From contig CAXTTL010000110.1 in the NCBI GenBank assembly GCA_964247135.1, positions 1 to 15,628 on the forward strand: a stretch of DNA of 15,628 bases, read 5' to 3'. Below are positions 14,675 to 15,628 of this stretch, piece after piece. Position numbers and translations under genes: made by a program. The notes under the pieces are model-generated. The model saw nothing but the letters and a program-made list of their open reading frames with translations. It did no database searches and was not told the DNA's origin. The stretch's first letter is position 1, and each line of letters starts with the position of its first letter. This stretch comes from an uncultured Deinococcales bacterium. GTDB taxonomy: Bacteria > Deinococcota > Deinococci > Deinococcales > JAAFIG01.

Positions 14675-15087
14675 TCTTGCTCGAGTTTTAAAAACCGCCC
14701 TTTTTTGCTCGGTGACAAAAAAATGATCACCGGTTTCTCGAGTTCTGGGCGAAGTTCCAAACCCCATTCGATCACGATCAGCCGCGCCGTGTCCAAAAAT
14801 TCGTCCAAACCCATGCGCCACAATTTTTGCGGACGCTCGAGCCTGTGGGCGTCAATGTGAATCAGTTTGCCCTCGGGTGTTGGATACTCGTGAATCAAAT
14901 TATACGTTGGGCTGGTGACTTCGGCGCTCGAGCCTAAACCCCTCGCGATACCTTTGGTCAGCGTGGTTTTGCCCGCGCCCATCTCGCCCACCAGCAAGAT
15001 CACGCTGCCACGCCCAAACCTGGCGGGCAGCGTTTCACCGAATGCCTCGAGTTGTTCGGCAGTCTCGAGGGTGTGCGCTTCGGTCAT
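14671..15087 (-). CDS. tsaE: tRNA threonylcarbamoyladenosine biosynthesis ATPase TsaE
   Basis: Walker A GEMGAGKT, VTSPTYNLIHEY, HIDAHRL and VIEW. ATG 15087 is preferred over TTG 15108. Its stop overlaps the aminotransferase stop by 4 nt. Confidence 0.93.
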   Translation of the reverse strand: MTEAHTLETAEQLEAFGETLPARFGRGSVILLVGEMGAGKTTLTKGIARGLGSSAEVTSPTYNLIHEYPTPEGKLIHIDAHRLERPQKLWRMGLDEFLDTARLIVIEWGLELRPELEKPVIIFLSPSKKGRFLKLEQD

Positions 15088-15094
15088 AACAATG

Positions 15095-15100
15095 ATTCTA
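15095..15100 (-). promoter_or_regulatory. -10 element of a probable leaderless tsaE transcript
   Basis: TAGAAT lies 7 nt upstream of ATG 15087 and no SD is present. Confidence 0.55.
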
Positions 15101-15129
15101 CTTGACAATCAGAGGCTTCAAAGGAGTTT

Positions 15130-15380
15130 TCATGCTCCGTCAATACCAACTTCAATCCTCGTCTTCGTCGTAATCGGCATCTCCGCGCTCGGAATGGCTG
15201 AACGGTAAAACCTCATCAAGACGAAACTCTTGCCTTCCATTGGCAGGTCGGCTTTATCCTCGAGTTCATTGCTCGCCAGCGTGGCGGATTCATCACGCAA
15301 ACCTGAGGTTTCTGCGGCAGTGTCGACTTGATCTTCAAAACTCGAGTCGATCAATTCTTGATCATCGTCGGTCGTTTTAA
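15130..15380 (-). pseudogene. Acidic hypothetical ORF, possibly frameshifted or degraded
   Basis: The acidic reading TDDDQELIDSSFEDQ..EDKADLPMEG continues more plausibly in an adjacent frame as EFRLDEVLPFSHSERGDADYDEDED* (stop 15154-15152). No clear start or SD. Confidence 0.3.
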
Positions 15381-15628
15381 CAGCTCAAAATCAAAATGCT
15401 TTAACAGGCTGAAGCCAGTGCCAAGTCGAAGATGCCCGCCCGCTTTTGAACCGAGGGTTGATAACCAGTAAACTCTAAGGCACACCAACTCGGCTGCTTG
15501 ATCGGTCTGCTTCAGCCCAGAATCAGCTTCGTTTCAGTACAAACACAGGTAAACCTTTAATACTTTAGCCATGTTACAGCGCCTTGCATATTGGTTGACG
15601 TAAGCGCAAACTAAACCATGAAACCCTA

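Noticed and set aside
15121-15173. Plus-strand AAGGAG-5 nt-ATG 13-codon ORF (MLRQYQLQSSSSS)
   Set aside because: Antisense to the acidic ORF end, the SD is paired in a GGAG/CTCC hairpin, and there is no other support.

Overview
Bacterial chromosomal window, most likely Deinococcota. This assignment is inferred from the short RbfA, the extended RNase R and leaderless -10-only promoters. Minus strand, left: a very long RNase R gene (3620 to beyond the window edge, at least 1206 codons, absent from the ORF track because it has no stop here), an acyl-CoA thioesterase, rbfA and glmM. Plus strand: three lipoprotein genes (S8/PA/Fn3 protease; YVTN-type beta-propeller with a CxxCH insert; Ig-like protein with an HFS motif), then a class V PLP aminotransferase converging on tsaE. 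The most notable non-standard signals are: (1) CTCGAG occurs about 95 times by manual count, roughly 20-fold above expectation and in all reading frames, like a HIP1-type iterated palindrome; (2) RNase R appears to start at AUU after a structured leader and has a second, strong in-frame SD+AUG just after its S1 domain, which could release the C-terminal tail as its own protein; (3) a 245-bp MITE-like element with 24-bp TIRs, inserted at a CTCGAG site and carrying a BoxC-like cruciform; (4) a GTAG-type REP translated in frame within RNase R; (5) inverted heptamer arrays between glmM and rbfA.
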